A stretch of 63,467 nucleotides of DNA, the filler included. It is 6 parts of 6 records of this genome, joined end to end, with 100 filler letters (N's around TTAATTAATTAA, not from the genome) between each part and the next. Parts side by side here need not be neighbours in the genome. Positions count along the whole stretch, not along the records: positions 16,645 to 34,655 come from SRR31156797_8799; positions 34,756 to 51,035 come from SRR31156797_8803; 4 more parts are not named here. One strand, given 5' to 3'. The notes beneath the pieces are model-generated. The model was given only the letters and a program-made list of their open reading frames with translations, had not been told where the DNA came from and searched no databases. Each line of letters begins with the position of its first letter. Within the stretch, counting starts at the first letter, position 1. The position numbers and the translations under genes were made by a program. Below, in pieces: positions 28,984 through 38,501 of the stretch.

Positions 28984-30089
28984 TGAGACGCCCCCCCCTG
29001 CCGGCGGAAAAGGCAATTGAACGCATTCAGATACCGGGTGCCGACAACCTCAATATCATGGGCCTGTATAGAATAGGTACGGGCCTGCTGGCCCATCTTC
29101 TTTCCCAGATCCTCCCCATCAATGAGCCGCCTGACATCTTTAACCAATTGCTCAAAATTTTTTGAGTGGAACCCTGCGCCCTGTTCCCGGTTAATTCCAC
29201 CGGGATCAAAATTCAGCGTCACCACTGGCGTCTGTCTCATCCAGGCCTGAATAAAGGTGTTGGGAAACCCCTCTCTGGGCTGGGAGGTATTCACAAAAAC
29301 AGATGCCCTGGAAAGGAGTGAATTCACATCATCCTGGGAAAGCAGGCCGAGGTATTCAAGATTTTTTGTCCGGTTTATTTTATTTAAAATCCATTTATTA
29401 TATGGGCCGGAATGGGGGCTACCTGCCATGATAAAGACGGCATTGGTATCCCCCAGTCTACGGGCAAGTTCAATAAAAAGATCGGGCTGCTTCCAGGGTT
29501 TGATATTGGCAACCCATGCAACCAGAGCCGGCCTGTCCTTTCTGAACGGTGGAGCAGGCACCTCATGACCGTTTGGTATCACAATGCTGTCAAGACCAAA
29601 GGTATCTTTAAGCATACGGGCCTGGGTATTGGTCTGGGAAATTATCAGGTCAGCCTTCAGTATACCGTATCTGCCCAGGATTTCGGTTAGCAATGAGGAA
29701 AAAAAAGAGCGGGTAAAGGGAATTTTATTTTTCCGGCAGGCATAATCGGCACTGATACCGTGTACAAAAAGGGCATTGTTACGCTTTGCCAGGTAAGCCG
29801 CCATACCCGTGTATGAAAAACGGACACGCTGATAAATCAGGTCGGGCTGGATTTTCCGGATAAGCCGAGACAGGGCAAAATAATTCAGGTAGGCCTTTAA
29901 TCTTCCGCGGTCAGGCAGAAAGTGATAATGGGTTCCGGGATCATCAATCCCGATCTCTTCATTTAAATCAAAGGCAAAATGGACTTCGTGTCCCGCATTG
30001 GCACAGGTATTACGAATATACTCGGCCTGTACCTCGGCACCGCCCCGTGAGGAGTGTATGCTGTTTCTCATTAAGATTAAAATTTTCAT
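28980..30089 (-). CDS. Glycosyltransferase family 4
   Basis: GGAEVQ, VNTS-EGFPNTFIQAW. Confidence 0.92.
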   Translation of the reverse strand: MKILILMRNSIHSSRGGAEVQAEYIRNTCANAGHEVHFAFDLNEEIGIDDPGTHYHFLPDRGRLKAYLNYFALSRLIRKIQPDLIYQRVRFSYTGMAAYLAKRNNALFVHGISADYACRKNKIPFTRSFFSSLLTEILGRYGILKADLIISQTNTQARMLKDTFGLDSIVIPNGHEVPAPPFRKDRPALVAWVANIKPWKQPDLFIELARRLGDTNAVFIMAGSPHSGPYNKWILNKINRTKNLEYLGLLSQDDVNSLLSRASVFVNTSQPREGFPNTFIQAWMRQTPVVTLNFDPGGINREQGAGFHSKNFEQLVKDVRRLIDGEDLGKKMGQQARTYSIQAHDIEVVGTRYLNAFNCLFRRQGGASQ

Positions 30090-31294
30090 CTGCTGCCCGT
30101 CTCAATTTCATTTTTAATGCGTTGCAGATATGATTCATATGAGTGTTTCATCTCATCCAGCCCCTTGGCGATCTTTTCCGTCGGTGGGGCTGACAGGTTG
30201 GATTCCATGGCCGAGAGAACCCAACGATGATCTCCAAGCTCCATGGCATTCCGGTAATGGGTTTCTTCCATCCCAAAGGCCTTGAGTAAAAGGGAAATTT
30301 TTGACTGGTTTGAAACGGTAACCCTATTGGGTTTACAGTCCATGGCGATGACAGGCGTCAAGTTTTTCAAGCTGAAAATAGAGGCATGAAACCGGTTGGT
30401 AAGAGTGATATCATAATGTGCGAACATGCCCGACCATTGGAGGGGGCTCATATCGGAGAAATCATAGTCAGAAATCCTATTCCCTCCCCGCCAGGAAACC
30501 ACACGGAATCCTTTGGACTTAAATTTCTCCACCGCCGCTTCCACCCCAGACACCCCCAAGGGCAGGTCCAGACCGATCAAAGGGGTTTCCGGATCTATCC
30601 TCCGCCGCTCCAGATAGGCTTGGGCATGGGATGGATCCACATCATATGAAAAAGTGGGATCCGGGACCAGGGATAGACGGGACTCAAGATGGGGGGCAAG
30701 TTTAAGGATAAAATCCCGGGTAATACCGTCTCTAACACCAATCATCGAGAACCCTTGTGCAGAACGTACCAACGATTCCCGGCTCCATGTATCCAGACGG
30801 TCCACTGTTAAGGCGGTACCCACGGAAGAGGCAAGCATTACTTTTTTACCGCTGAGTTCCGGGGGCAACCAATAAACAGGCAACTCTTTTTGTGATACAT
30901 TCCAGCCATAAAAATTCAGCACCGTATCGCTTCCAACAATGATCAGGTCACAGGATTTTCCTCTTATGAACTCCGCGGCATCTTCATAGGAATCACTGCA
31001 CAGGCCCCGGGATCCATCAATCTCCAAATATTTTTTCTGGGCATCCCGGTATCGATGCTGCCTTAACAGGTGGCGATAGAGAAAGGATGGAACAATATGC
31101 CTTTTTTTTAGATTTAGCCGGTCATATCCGGTTTCAGCCTGCTTGGTCCGGCTTGTATAATCAATAATTTCAACATGGGAATCTGGGAAAGTGCTCCGGA
31201 CAGAACAAAGGGTCGCATAAGCCTGAAAAAATGTCCCAAGGTTAAAATTGGAAGTATATGTCAATATGCCGATTCTATTAATTGTACTGCTCAT
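30086..31294 (-). CDS. Polysaccharide pyruvyl transferase family protein
   Basis: NLGTFFQAYA, VGSD, IGVRD, PDPT, TNRFHA motifs. Confidence 0.9.
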   Translation of the reverse strand: MSSTINRIGILTYTSNFNLGTFFQAYATLCSVRSTFPDSHVEIIDYTSRTKQAETGYDRLNLKKRHIVPSFLYRHLLRQHRYRDAQKKYLEIDGSRGLCSDSYEDAAEFIRGKSCDLIIVGSDTVLNFYGWNVSQKELPVYWLPPELSGKKVMLASSVGTALTVDRLDTWSRESLVRSAQGFSMIGVRDGITRDFILKLAPHLESRLSLVPDPTFSYDVDPSHAQAYLERRRIDPETPLIGLDLPLGVSGVEAAVEKFKSKGFRVVSWRGGNRISDYDFSDMSPLQWSGMFAHYDITLTNRFHASIFSLKNLTPVIAMDCKPNRVTVSNQSKISLLLKAFGMEETHYRNAMELGDHRWVLSAMESNLSAPPTEKIAKGLDEMKHSYESYLQRIKNEIETGSR

Positions 31295-31339
31295 TTCGTT
31301 TAGGGATCTCTTTGTTCAATCAAAAAAATGTTGCAGGTT

Positions 31340-32548
31340 CTAGGTTTGAAGGCATAGGTAATCGCCGTCCCAATTACCAAGGTAGACACGGCCGTCATGA
31401 TCCAGTACCGGAGTGGAAAGTGATTTCCCGGTTTTGTAACGCCACGCTATTTCACCGTTGTCCTTTATGCAGTACAAACTGCCTGAATAGGGGGTATCCT
31501 TGGTAGTAATAAAGATATTGCCGTTGGGGTCAATGCTCGGTGTTGTCCAGAGTGCCCTGGGGGCATCGCTTAATTTTATAGTTTCAAGGGTGTCGCCTGA
31601 CATCTTATGGAGAAAATAAAGATAGCCTTGAAAATCGCTTACAAGGACATACTCCCCATACCCGACAGCCACCGAGCCCCTTGCCTCACCTAAAAGGTTT
31701 TTCCGCCATTTCAGCCTCCCGTCAAGACCCAGGGCTATGACCTGCCCGGTCTGCTTCCGGCTGGATGCAAGGGTAAAATAAACCGTTTCATTCTCCAGGT
31801 CTATACTGGGATTACCCCAGGCATCAAACCGGCTATGGTTGTCAAACGTCCAGCTAAGACGGCCATCTGATGACAGCTTATGAAAATACCGGTGCTGGGA
31901 TGCGATAAAAACCGACCCGTTTCCGTCTAAAACAGCACCGGAGAGATGGTGGCGAGGCGCACCAAGGTCAAATGTCCAGACCGGTTCGCCGTCATCCATA
32001 TTGATTGCATGCAACCCGACCCCAAAGGCGGATATATAAATCATACCACCATCATCAATACAGGGTGAGGCCCAGCACTTTGCATCCCATTTTTTTTTCC
32101 TTGCATGGTCATAGGCGTAATGGTCCGTATGGATGACGGCAAGCTTGCGCAGAAATCGGTTGGGCATCTCTTTAAAATAGTTACATAGCCCCCTTGTCCA
32201 CAACAGATTACCTGACCGGTCGTAACAGATCAATTGTCCGTTGCCTGATGCCACCAAAATATGGGTATCGTTGAAAATGGACGGGCTGGAATAAATTTTC
32301 TGGCCAGTCAGAGAACACCACCGGAGTTTTCCGGACGGACCCAGAGAGTAGAAAGCCCCGTCATGGCATCCGAAATAAAGATTACCCTCACTGTCAAATA
32401 CCGGAGTTGATTCAGCCCCCTTAGCAGGGGTATTTGGCAACCGGCAGCGCCATACCAATTCAGGCTTATTTTTCCCGCCCTTACTAAAAACTAACCGCCC
32501 GGTCCTTTGCTGGTCAAACAAGAATGTGGCAGAAGGTATGTGCTTCAT
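31340..32548 (-). CDS. PQQ-binding-like beta-propeller repeat protein
   Basis: Repeated STP/SSP...G-LY...G-L-W blades. Confidence 0.85.
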   Translation of the reverse strand: MKHIPSATFLFDQQRTGRLVFSKGGKNKPELVWRCRLPNTPAKGAESTPVFDSEGNLYFGCHDGAFYSLGPSGKLRWCSLTGQKIYSSPSIFNDTHILVASGNGQLICYDRSGNLLWTRGLCNYFKEMPNRFLRKLAVIHTDHYAYDHARKKKWDAKCWASPCIDDGGMIYISAFGVGLHAINMDDGEPVWTFDLGAPRHHLSGAVLDGNGSVFIASQHRYFHKLSSDGRLSWTFDNHSRFDAWGNPSIDLENETVYFTLASSRKQTGQVIALGLDGRLKWRKNLLGEARGSVAVGYGEYVLVSDFQGYLYFLHKMSGDTLETIKLSDAPRALWTTPSIDPNGNIFITTKDTPYSGSLYCIKDNGEIAWRYKTGKSLSTPVLDHDGRVYLGNWDGDYLCLQT

Positions 32549-32588
32549 TGTTTTTATATTTCCAAAAAATCAGCCCTTTTACCGGTCA

Positions 32589-34091
32589 TCAGAACAAAAA
32601 AATCGGTATGGGCAATAGGTTATTCATCCATCCCCGTTCTTTTAGGGTGAAAGATTTATTGAAAAAAGAAAACAGAAAATAAAGACCGGCACCAGACAGG
32701 GAAATCAAAATAAAAAACAAAATCCCCTTATCGGCATAAAAACGGAACGGCCATAAAATAAGCGCCATCATAAAGGCGTTGGCGCCAATGACTGCCAAAC
32801 CCCGCCAATCCACATTAAAATCAAGATGTTTTCTCATACAATAAAAAAGAAAAATGTTTTTAAAAAGAACACCGGAACAGGACATCAGAACCACCCCCAT
32901 AACCCCGAACCATTGTACCGCTATCAAAGCCCCGGCCAGATTATACAGTGCAAACACCTTGCTATATAGGGTGTATTGAACCTGCTCAATTGCCTTTATA
33001 CATAAGCCAATGGGCTGAAAAAAAACATTCAGCGAGATAAAGACTGCCAAAACACTGAGTATCGGTAGTGCCCCCAGATAATCCGCCTTAAAAACAATGG
33101 AAATCAAACTGCCGCCCAGGACAAGAATGCCGGCAGTTAGGGGAAAGATAAAAAAGGCTCCTAATTTAAGCAGCAGATTAAACATGGAGCCCAGCACCCG
33201 GGGATCACTGTTTTGGGCATATTTGGCAAAAAAGGCTGGCCGAATAACATCTTTCAGCAGCATGTGGGGCATGCACCGGACTAAAATCTTGATGACCTTA
33301 TCGGCAAAGGCATAAAATCCAACAGCTTCCGGTCCTAGGAATGCCGTAATCACAAAAAAATCCGTTGAAACTGATAAGACAGAGCTTCCCAGTTCATTGA
33401 GAATTGAATATCCACCATACCGAAAATACCGTTTTAAAGGGATTGCAACCTGTTTGTGTTCATCGGAATGGACACGGACAAATTTAATATAATAAAAAAA
33501 GACCTGGAGGGCAGTCCAGACAGCCCAGGACAGCACTTCGGTCAACAACAGGCCCTTGATCCCAAGGCCCGATTCCAGCAAAATAACAACGCAGGCACCC
33601 CGGAAAAGGATATATACCGAATTGGAAATAACCGAGTATTTGTGCAGGAACAATGAATTGAGTACATTTGTCAGCAACTGGGTTTCAAGATATAGGAGGA
33701 TTCCCCAGGCAAAGATACTGAGATACCCGATGAATCCATCCAGTTTAAGCAGTTCCCCTATGGGATTATGCAAAAAAAGGATTAGGCAGACGGTAGCGCA
33801 GGACAGAAGGAAACGGAGAACCAGACCATTGAAAATAAGTTTTTTAATAACGGCATACTCTTTCCTCTGCAGGGATTCAGGGATATACCTCTGAAAAACA
33901 GCCGGTATGCCGAATGCCCCGAGGACGCCGATGTATCCGATCATTGAATAAAGTACCGTGTAAATTCCATATTCTTTAACGGATAATGACCGGATAACGT
34001 AAGTCGTTACAAACACACCCAGGGTCAGCGAAACAAAAAAGCGGACAAGCATCCACAGGCTGCTTTGCTTAATGGACGCATCAATATTCAT
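32589..34091 (-). CDS. wzx: Polysaccharide flippase
   Basis: About 12-14 TM segments; RSLSVKEYGIY, FLGPEAVGFY motifs. Confidence 0.85.
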   Translation of the reverse strand: MNIDASIKQSSLWMLVRFFVSLTLGVFVTTYVIRSLSVKEYGIYTVLYSMIGYIGVLGAFGIPAVFQRYIPESLQRKEYAVIKKLIFNGLVLRFLLSCATVCLILFLHNPIGELLKLDGFIGYLSIFAWGILLYLETQLLTNVLNSLFLHKYSVISNSVYILFRGACVVILLESGLGIKGLLLTEVLSWAVWTALQVFFYYIKFVRVHSDEHKQVAIPLKRYFRYGGYSILNELGSSVLSVSTDFFVITAFLGPEAVGFYAFADKVIKILVRCMPHMLLKDVIRPAFFAKYAQNSDPRVLGSMFNLLLKLGAFFIFPLTAGILVLGGSLISIVFKADYLGALPILSVLAVFISLNVFFQPIGLCIKAIEQVQYTLYSKVFALYNLAGALIAVQWFGVMGVVLMSCSGVLFKNIFLFYCMRKHLDFNVDWRGLAVIGANAFMMALILWPFRFYADKGILFFILISLSGAGLYFLFSFFNKSFTLKERGWMNNLLPIPIFLF

Positions 34092-34127
34092 ATCAACAAT
34101 CTCAAGATACTGACCACTCTTTGGTTT

Positions 34128-34655
34128 TCAACCCAGGGTTCCTGTAAACCAGTCACAGGTCGTCTTAATACCCTCCTCAAGAGAGATTCCATGGGTCCAG
34201 CCCAGGCATTTAAGGCGGGAAACATCAAGGAGTTTTCGGGGGGTACCGTCCGGCTTTGCCGTATCAAAAACAATATCCCCCTTAAACCCAACCTGTTTTT
34301 TTATGACCGAAGCAAGCTCTGCTATGGTGCAATCCAGACCGGAACCAAGGTTCACAAAACAGGGGGAGGGATAATTGGCGACAAACCGGTCAACCGTATC
34401 GTCTGCCAGGGACATTAGGAAAATGCTTGCATCTGCCATGTCATCTACGTACAAAAATTCCCTTTTGGGCGATCCAGTACCCCATACAATCACCTTTGGG
34501 GCTTTGGCAACCTTGGCCTCATGAAACTTCCGGATCAGGGCCGGCAGGACATGGGAGGTCTCAAGGTCAAAATTGTCATTGGGACCGTAGAGGTTAGTGG
34601 GCATAACCGCCATGAACCGGGTGTTGTACTGCCTATTGTAGGCCTCGCACATCTT
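34128..34655 (-). CDS. fcl: GDP-L-fucose synthase (5' truncated)
   Basis: MPTNLYGPNDNFDLETSHVLPALIRKFHEAK, WGTGSPKREFLYVDD, KPDGTPRKL. Confidence 0.95.
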   Translation of the reverse strand, partial: KMCEAYNRQYNTRFMAVMPTNLYGPNDNFDLETSHVLPALIRKFHEAKVAKAPKVIVWGTGSPKREFLYVDDMADASIFLMSLADDTVDRFVANYPSPCFVNLGSGLDCTIAELASVIKKQVGFKGDIVFDTAKPDGTPRKLLDVSRLKCLGWTHGISLEEGIKTTCDWFTGTLG

Positions 34656-34755
34656 NNNNNNNNNNNNNNNNNNNNNNNNNNNNNNNNNNNNNNNNNNNNT
34701 TAATTAATTAANNNNNNNNNNNNNNNNNNNNNNNNNNNNNNNNNNNNNNNNNNNN
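34656..34755. other. Artificial contig spacer
   Basis: 100-nt N run with TTAATTAATTAA. Confidence 0.98.
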
Positions 34756-34891
34756 TAAACGGCTAATTAAGGTATTTAAAGTAGTTTACCATAGGTAAAA
34801 CCCCTCTTATGCCCTTAAAACAGGGAATTTATATATAATTCTATCCTACTTTAAGCTACTTAATAAGCGGTTATAAGACGGATGAGTAGAT

Positions 34892-34920
34892 AAAAAAAGC
34901 CAATTGGTATTTTATTGGCT
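34892..34920 (-). terminator. Probable intrinsic terminator
   Basis: Minus strand AGCCAAT/ATTGGCT stem followed by a U-tract. Confidence 0.55.
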
Positions 34921-35007
34921 CAGGTCTTAATTGCCCGAAGTCTAAAATATCAGTTGGCTTGATCACAACTAAAGGAATGTTGCTAGACGGTTTTTATCTG
35001 GGATTAA

Positions 35008-35688
35008 TTAGATATCAATATCCTCGTTTTCCTCAGTTGGCATCATGAATGATTGCAAAGTGGTGAATATTTCCATTTGTTCATCATGATTTTTTGCAAA
35101 AAGAAAATAGAGCATTTGTACCAAATAACCTTGTGCATCTGGTTGCATTCGCCTGATTGCATCAATTATTTGTTTTTCCTGAACATTGAATTGATCAGCA
35201 ACACCTTCCAAAGAATTCCCACCACTTGGAATAAGGTTGTTTGCTAGTGTTCCCAATACGGATTGAATAGCTGGCATTTGAGTGATTGCCGTTACTGTAT
35301 CTTTGGTTGTATTGGTACTTATTTTTGCAAGTTCTCTTGTGTGATCATCTTTAAGGTCACTAATTTTGTCTTTCAGCTTTTCAATGGTAAATTCATTTTT
35401 CAATTTTACTTCCTGTAAAGCTCTGATCTTATCACCGTAATCAGTTTTTAAATCAAGAATTACATTGAAATGCTCTCTTTCAACTCTTCTAAGTTCCTCC
35501 ATAGCATTTAAAGGAATCGGTTTCGGTTCGGGAACTTCTATTTCTTCATTTGGATAAATTTCTTCCAGTTCGCTTACATCTTTGTCGGTGCTTCTCAATT
35601 GATATGCTTTATTTCTACAAGTTGTAGAGCAATAACGGCTATCTGAGCGTTTCCCCGATATGGTTTCATTACATACTTCACATTTCAT
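35008..35688 (-). CDS. Hypothetical protein with N-terminal Cys4 zinc finger and coiled coil
   Basis: CEVC...YCSTTCRNKAY, then a heptad-rich helix. Confidence 0.8.
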   Translation of the reverse strand: MKCEVCNETISGKRSDSRYCSTTCRNKAYQLRSTDKDVSELEEIYPNEEIEVPEPKPIPLNAMEELRRVEREHFNVILDLKTDYGDKIRALQEVKLKNEFTIEKLKDKISDLKDDHTRELAKISTNTTKDTVTAITQMPAIQSVLGTLANNLIPSGGNSLEGVADQFNVQEKQIIDAIRRMQPDAQGYLVQMLYFLFAKNHDEQMEIFTTLQSFMMPTEENEDIDI

Positions 35689-35736
35689 TTTATCATTGTT
35701 TTTTAAGTTGTTGATTTATTTAATTGCTCTGATTTT

Positions 35737-35979
35737 TTAGGATGGTGATTCTTCAATTGATAGGGAATTTCTGGTTTGTTCATCCAATCCAATTTCCCAT
35801 GGTGCTCTCCACTCGATATTGTCATGAATGTATTTTATTTCATTTTCGAAAAGCAATGATCGGTTTTTGATGTGCTCCAAAAAAGCAGGATCCAATTTTT
35901 TCATTCTTCGAATAAGAGTTGATCTTGAAATATCTAATTCAATTGCAAGCTCTGTTCGGTTCATTGTTCTGTATTTCAT
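35737..35979 (-). CDS. Small HTH DNA-binding protein
   Basis: MNRTELAIELDISRSTLIRRMKK. Confidence 0.75.
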   Translation of the reverse strand: MKYRTMNRTELAIELDISRSTLIRRMKKLDPAFLEHIKNRSLLFENEIKYIHDNIEWRAPWEIGLDEQTRNSLSIEESPS

Positions 35980-36123
35980 TTCTTCAAATTTTATATTGTG
36001 TATGTATTCAGTTCGGTTTTTTCTCTGTTTGTATTCTTTTTAGCGTATACCCTTTAGGTTTTACAGGAATACACATCAAATAGGGTGAAAACAGTCCTGT
36101 TTTGTGTATTCATTGTGGTGAGC

Positions 36124-36753
36124 CTAATTTGAATACGCTTTTTGTGTTTCGATATGCTTTTTGACTCGCTGAACGGTAGTGACGGATTTTTTCACCAGCT
36201 TGGCAATATTCCTAATGGATTTCCCATCACCTAAAAGTTCAATAATATCGGCATGCTGTTTTTCGTATTGCTCTTTTGTCATTTTTCCTTTACCAGCATG
36301 AAGCTTGTAAACTCCTTTAGCTTTTGCAATCGCAATTCCTTCCGATTGTCTGTCTTTTATTCGGTCGTATTCCATTTTTGCAGCCAATACCATTAGAGCA
36401 GACATGAAATCAAACATTTGGTTGTAATGCCCATCGATGTAGCTTTTCATTCCGATTTTGTAAATGGTAACCGTTACCTGATTTTCTTTCATCAGTTCCA
36501 GAGTGTTTAAAACATCGGGAACACTTCTACCTAATCGGTCAAAGTCATAAACAACCAATTCAGAAATTTTATCTTTTCGAACTGCATCCATAATGATCTT
36601 ACCGCTTGGTCTCTCTGCAAATGGCATCATGCCTGAATACTTATCTACGACCAATTCACCTTTAATGTCTTTTAGTCCATCAACCTGTCTGTCTTCATTT
36701 TGTCCTGTGGTTGATACTCGGGCATATTTGTATACTTTCTTTTCGATACTCAT
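36124..36753 (-). CDS. Serine recombinase (resolvase/invertase) with C-terminal HTH
   Basis: YARVST-GQ-RQ, DRLGRS, RQSEGIAIAKAKG, SIRNIAKLVKKSVTTV. Confidence 0.95.
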   Translation of the reverse strand: MSIEKKVYKYARVSTTGQNEDRQVDGLKDIKGELVVDKYSGMMPFAERPSGKIIMDAVRKDKISELVVYDFDRLGRSVPDVLNTLELMKENQVTVTIYKIGMKSYIDGHYNQMFDFMSALMVLAAKMEYDRIKDRQSEGIAIAKAKGVYKLHAGKGKMTKEQYEKQHADIIELLGDGKSIRNIAKLVKKSVTTVQRVKKHIETQKAYSN

Positions 36754-36756
36754 GGG

Positions 36757-37080
36757 TTAGGATGCTTTTAGGTATGGGTATTCTTTTAAATGATCAGCTA
36801 CCATCTTATCAAACTGATTGTAGATTAAAACAGCAGTATCTTTATTGTCAATTTCTTTATCCAGGTAGTTTGAAAAGACAGTTCTGTATTGATCGGTTAT
36901 AGTATCACTTTCCTCTCCACCTTCATTAATATCAATTCCCATTAAATAGGTGATAGGATACCAACTGTTTAAGCCATGATCGGTACATGAAGTAATTTTT
37001 TCTATATGTTCAAATATTCGGGTGGTGACAACAATATCCTCTATCAAATCAATAATGACATTCTTTTTCTTTGTACTCAT
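36757..37080 (-). CDS. Hypothetical protein
   Basis: ORF tightly packed between rep and the recombinase (2-3 nt gaps). Confidence 0.7.
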   Translation of the reverse strand: MSTKKKNVIIDLIEDIVVTTRIFEHIEKITSCTDHGLNSWYPITYLMGIDINEGGEESDTITDQYRTVFSNYLDKEIDNKDTAVLIYNQFDKMVADHLKEYPYLKAS

Positions 37081-37082
37081 CT

Positions 37083-38501
37083 TTAAAATTGTTCTTGTTC
37101 AAGCCTTGTATCATCAGGGCATTGAGTTAATGTTTCAGTTTTGGTCTTTCTATCAAATTCATTGAGGAAGAAGCGGGCATCAGCTCCATGGTAATATTTT
37201 TTCTTTCCTCCTATGGTTGCAATGATCGATGTCTTTCGACTTGGAACTCCTTTTATCTTTTTTCTGTTGGGGTTGGTCGTTCTTATCAGGTTGAATTCAT
37301 TTCCTAAATCTTTAATCAGGTTGATAATCTCTTTTTGCTTTTTGCTTCGTCTGGCTTTTCTTTTCTGGGATATTTTCAGGTTATAGGCTTTATCCCTGCA
37401 TTTTCTTTGATCATTGCAGTACTTGGAACCGCTTTTCTGACCTGTTATCTCTTTTCCACAAGTCAAACAATATCTTTTCTCTTTTTTAACCTCTCCTTGA
37501 TCGGTTGATTCGCACCGTACAATACGTGGTGTATTCGTAACATTTTTTTGTGCGTTTATTTCTGGATTATTCCAGTTTTTTAGCTCTTCAAATTCGGTGT
37601 ATTCGTAACGTTTTTTATTGCGTGAAAACTCTGACAATTCCAATAAAATAAGGTCTTTCAGGATGTTTTTAATGTCACGTTTTGCGTACTTTTTTATTAG
37701 CTTTTCCAGTAAATCCTTATTTCGCTTGCGATCTGGACGGCTTCTCTCGTCTTTTATCCACCAATCGGGATTTCTCAAATCCTTGAATTTGCTTTTGTAT
37801 TTTTTCGGTAACCTTCTTGAAGATTTAATTTGATTCCATTCAAAGAAGATGGTTTCATCAATGAATTTCAGATATTTAGTAGCTATCAACTTACTAAGTT
37901 TCTCTTTATCCATTAGGTCAGCCAATGTTCTTATCTTGAAGTTTTCAACGGCTCTCATTCTGGTGAACTTGGTTTCAATCCTCAGTAAATCCACATGATG
38001 TATTTGAGATTGAGCCGATTTGTCGTAGAATTTGTACTTGGTGTTTGTGGTTTTAAACTTGTATCCGTTGCCTGATTCACCGTTGATATCCATATCAGAA
38101 CGCCTAACACCACGGCAATACAGGATGCTATCTAAAAAAGTCTTATTGTCAATCTTACAGGATGTTGTATCAAGGTTCAAACCGATTTCAAAGCCTCTTA
38201 GAATGGCTTTATCTGGTATAACTCCGAATTCAGACAAACGGTTTATAGCTTCCAGAAAGTTGTCAAAGGTGAATCGATTTGCATTGTGAGCTCCGTCATT
38301 AAAGAATTTATGAATAGAACCTTTGATTTTTGCTTTTCCTTTGGGTTCGATGATGAAGTCTAAACCCTTGTAACTGGCTTTTTTACTTCCCATTTTCTCA
38401 CCTGAATCTTCATCGACCCGAAAAGAGAATTTTAGATTTGGGTGTTCATTCCAAAGGCTAAAATCGAAGTCAGCAAGCTCTATGATAAATCCGTCAATCA
38501 A
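37083..38501 (-). CDS. Putative rolling-circle replication initiator (phage/plasmid gene II/X-like) with C-terminal zinc finger
   Basis: MID start, GSIHKF...HN, FEIGLN, FYDK, LLRIE motifs; CLTC...YC...C tail. Confidence 0.7.
   Translation of the reverse strand: MIDGFIIELADFDFSLWNEHPNLKFSFRVDEDSGEKMGSKKASYKGLDFIIEPKGKAKIKGSIHKFFNDGAHNANRFTFDNFLEAINRLSEFGVIPDKAILRGFEIGLNLDTTSCKIDNKTFLDSILYCRGVRRSDMDINGESGNGYKFKTTNTKYKFYDKSAQSQIHHVDLLRIETKFTRMRAVENFKIRTLADLMDKEKLSKLIATKYLKFIDETIFFEWNQIKSSRRLPKKYKSKFKDLRNPDWWIKDERSRPDRKRNKDLLEKLIKKYAKRDIKNILKDLILLELSEFSRNKKRYEYTEFEELKNWNNPEINAQKNVTNTPRIVRCESTDQGEVKKEKRYCLTCGKEITGQKSGSKYCNDQRKCRDKAYNLKISQKRKARRSKKQKEIINLIKDLGNEFNLIRTTNPNRKKIKGVPSRKTSIIATIGGKKKYYHGADARFFLNEFDRKTKTETLTQCPDDTRLEQEQF

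Noticed and set aside
37528-37623. 28-bp repeat, 40-bp spacer, 28-bp repeat as a mini-CRISPR array
   Set aside because: Only pairs, degenerate, inside an intact ORF, unequal spacers (40 and 51 bp), no cas genes; better explained as protein-binding sites.
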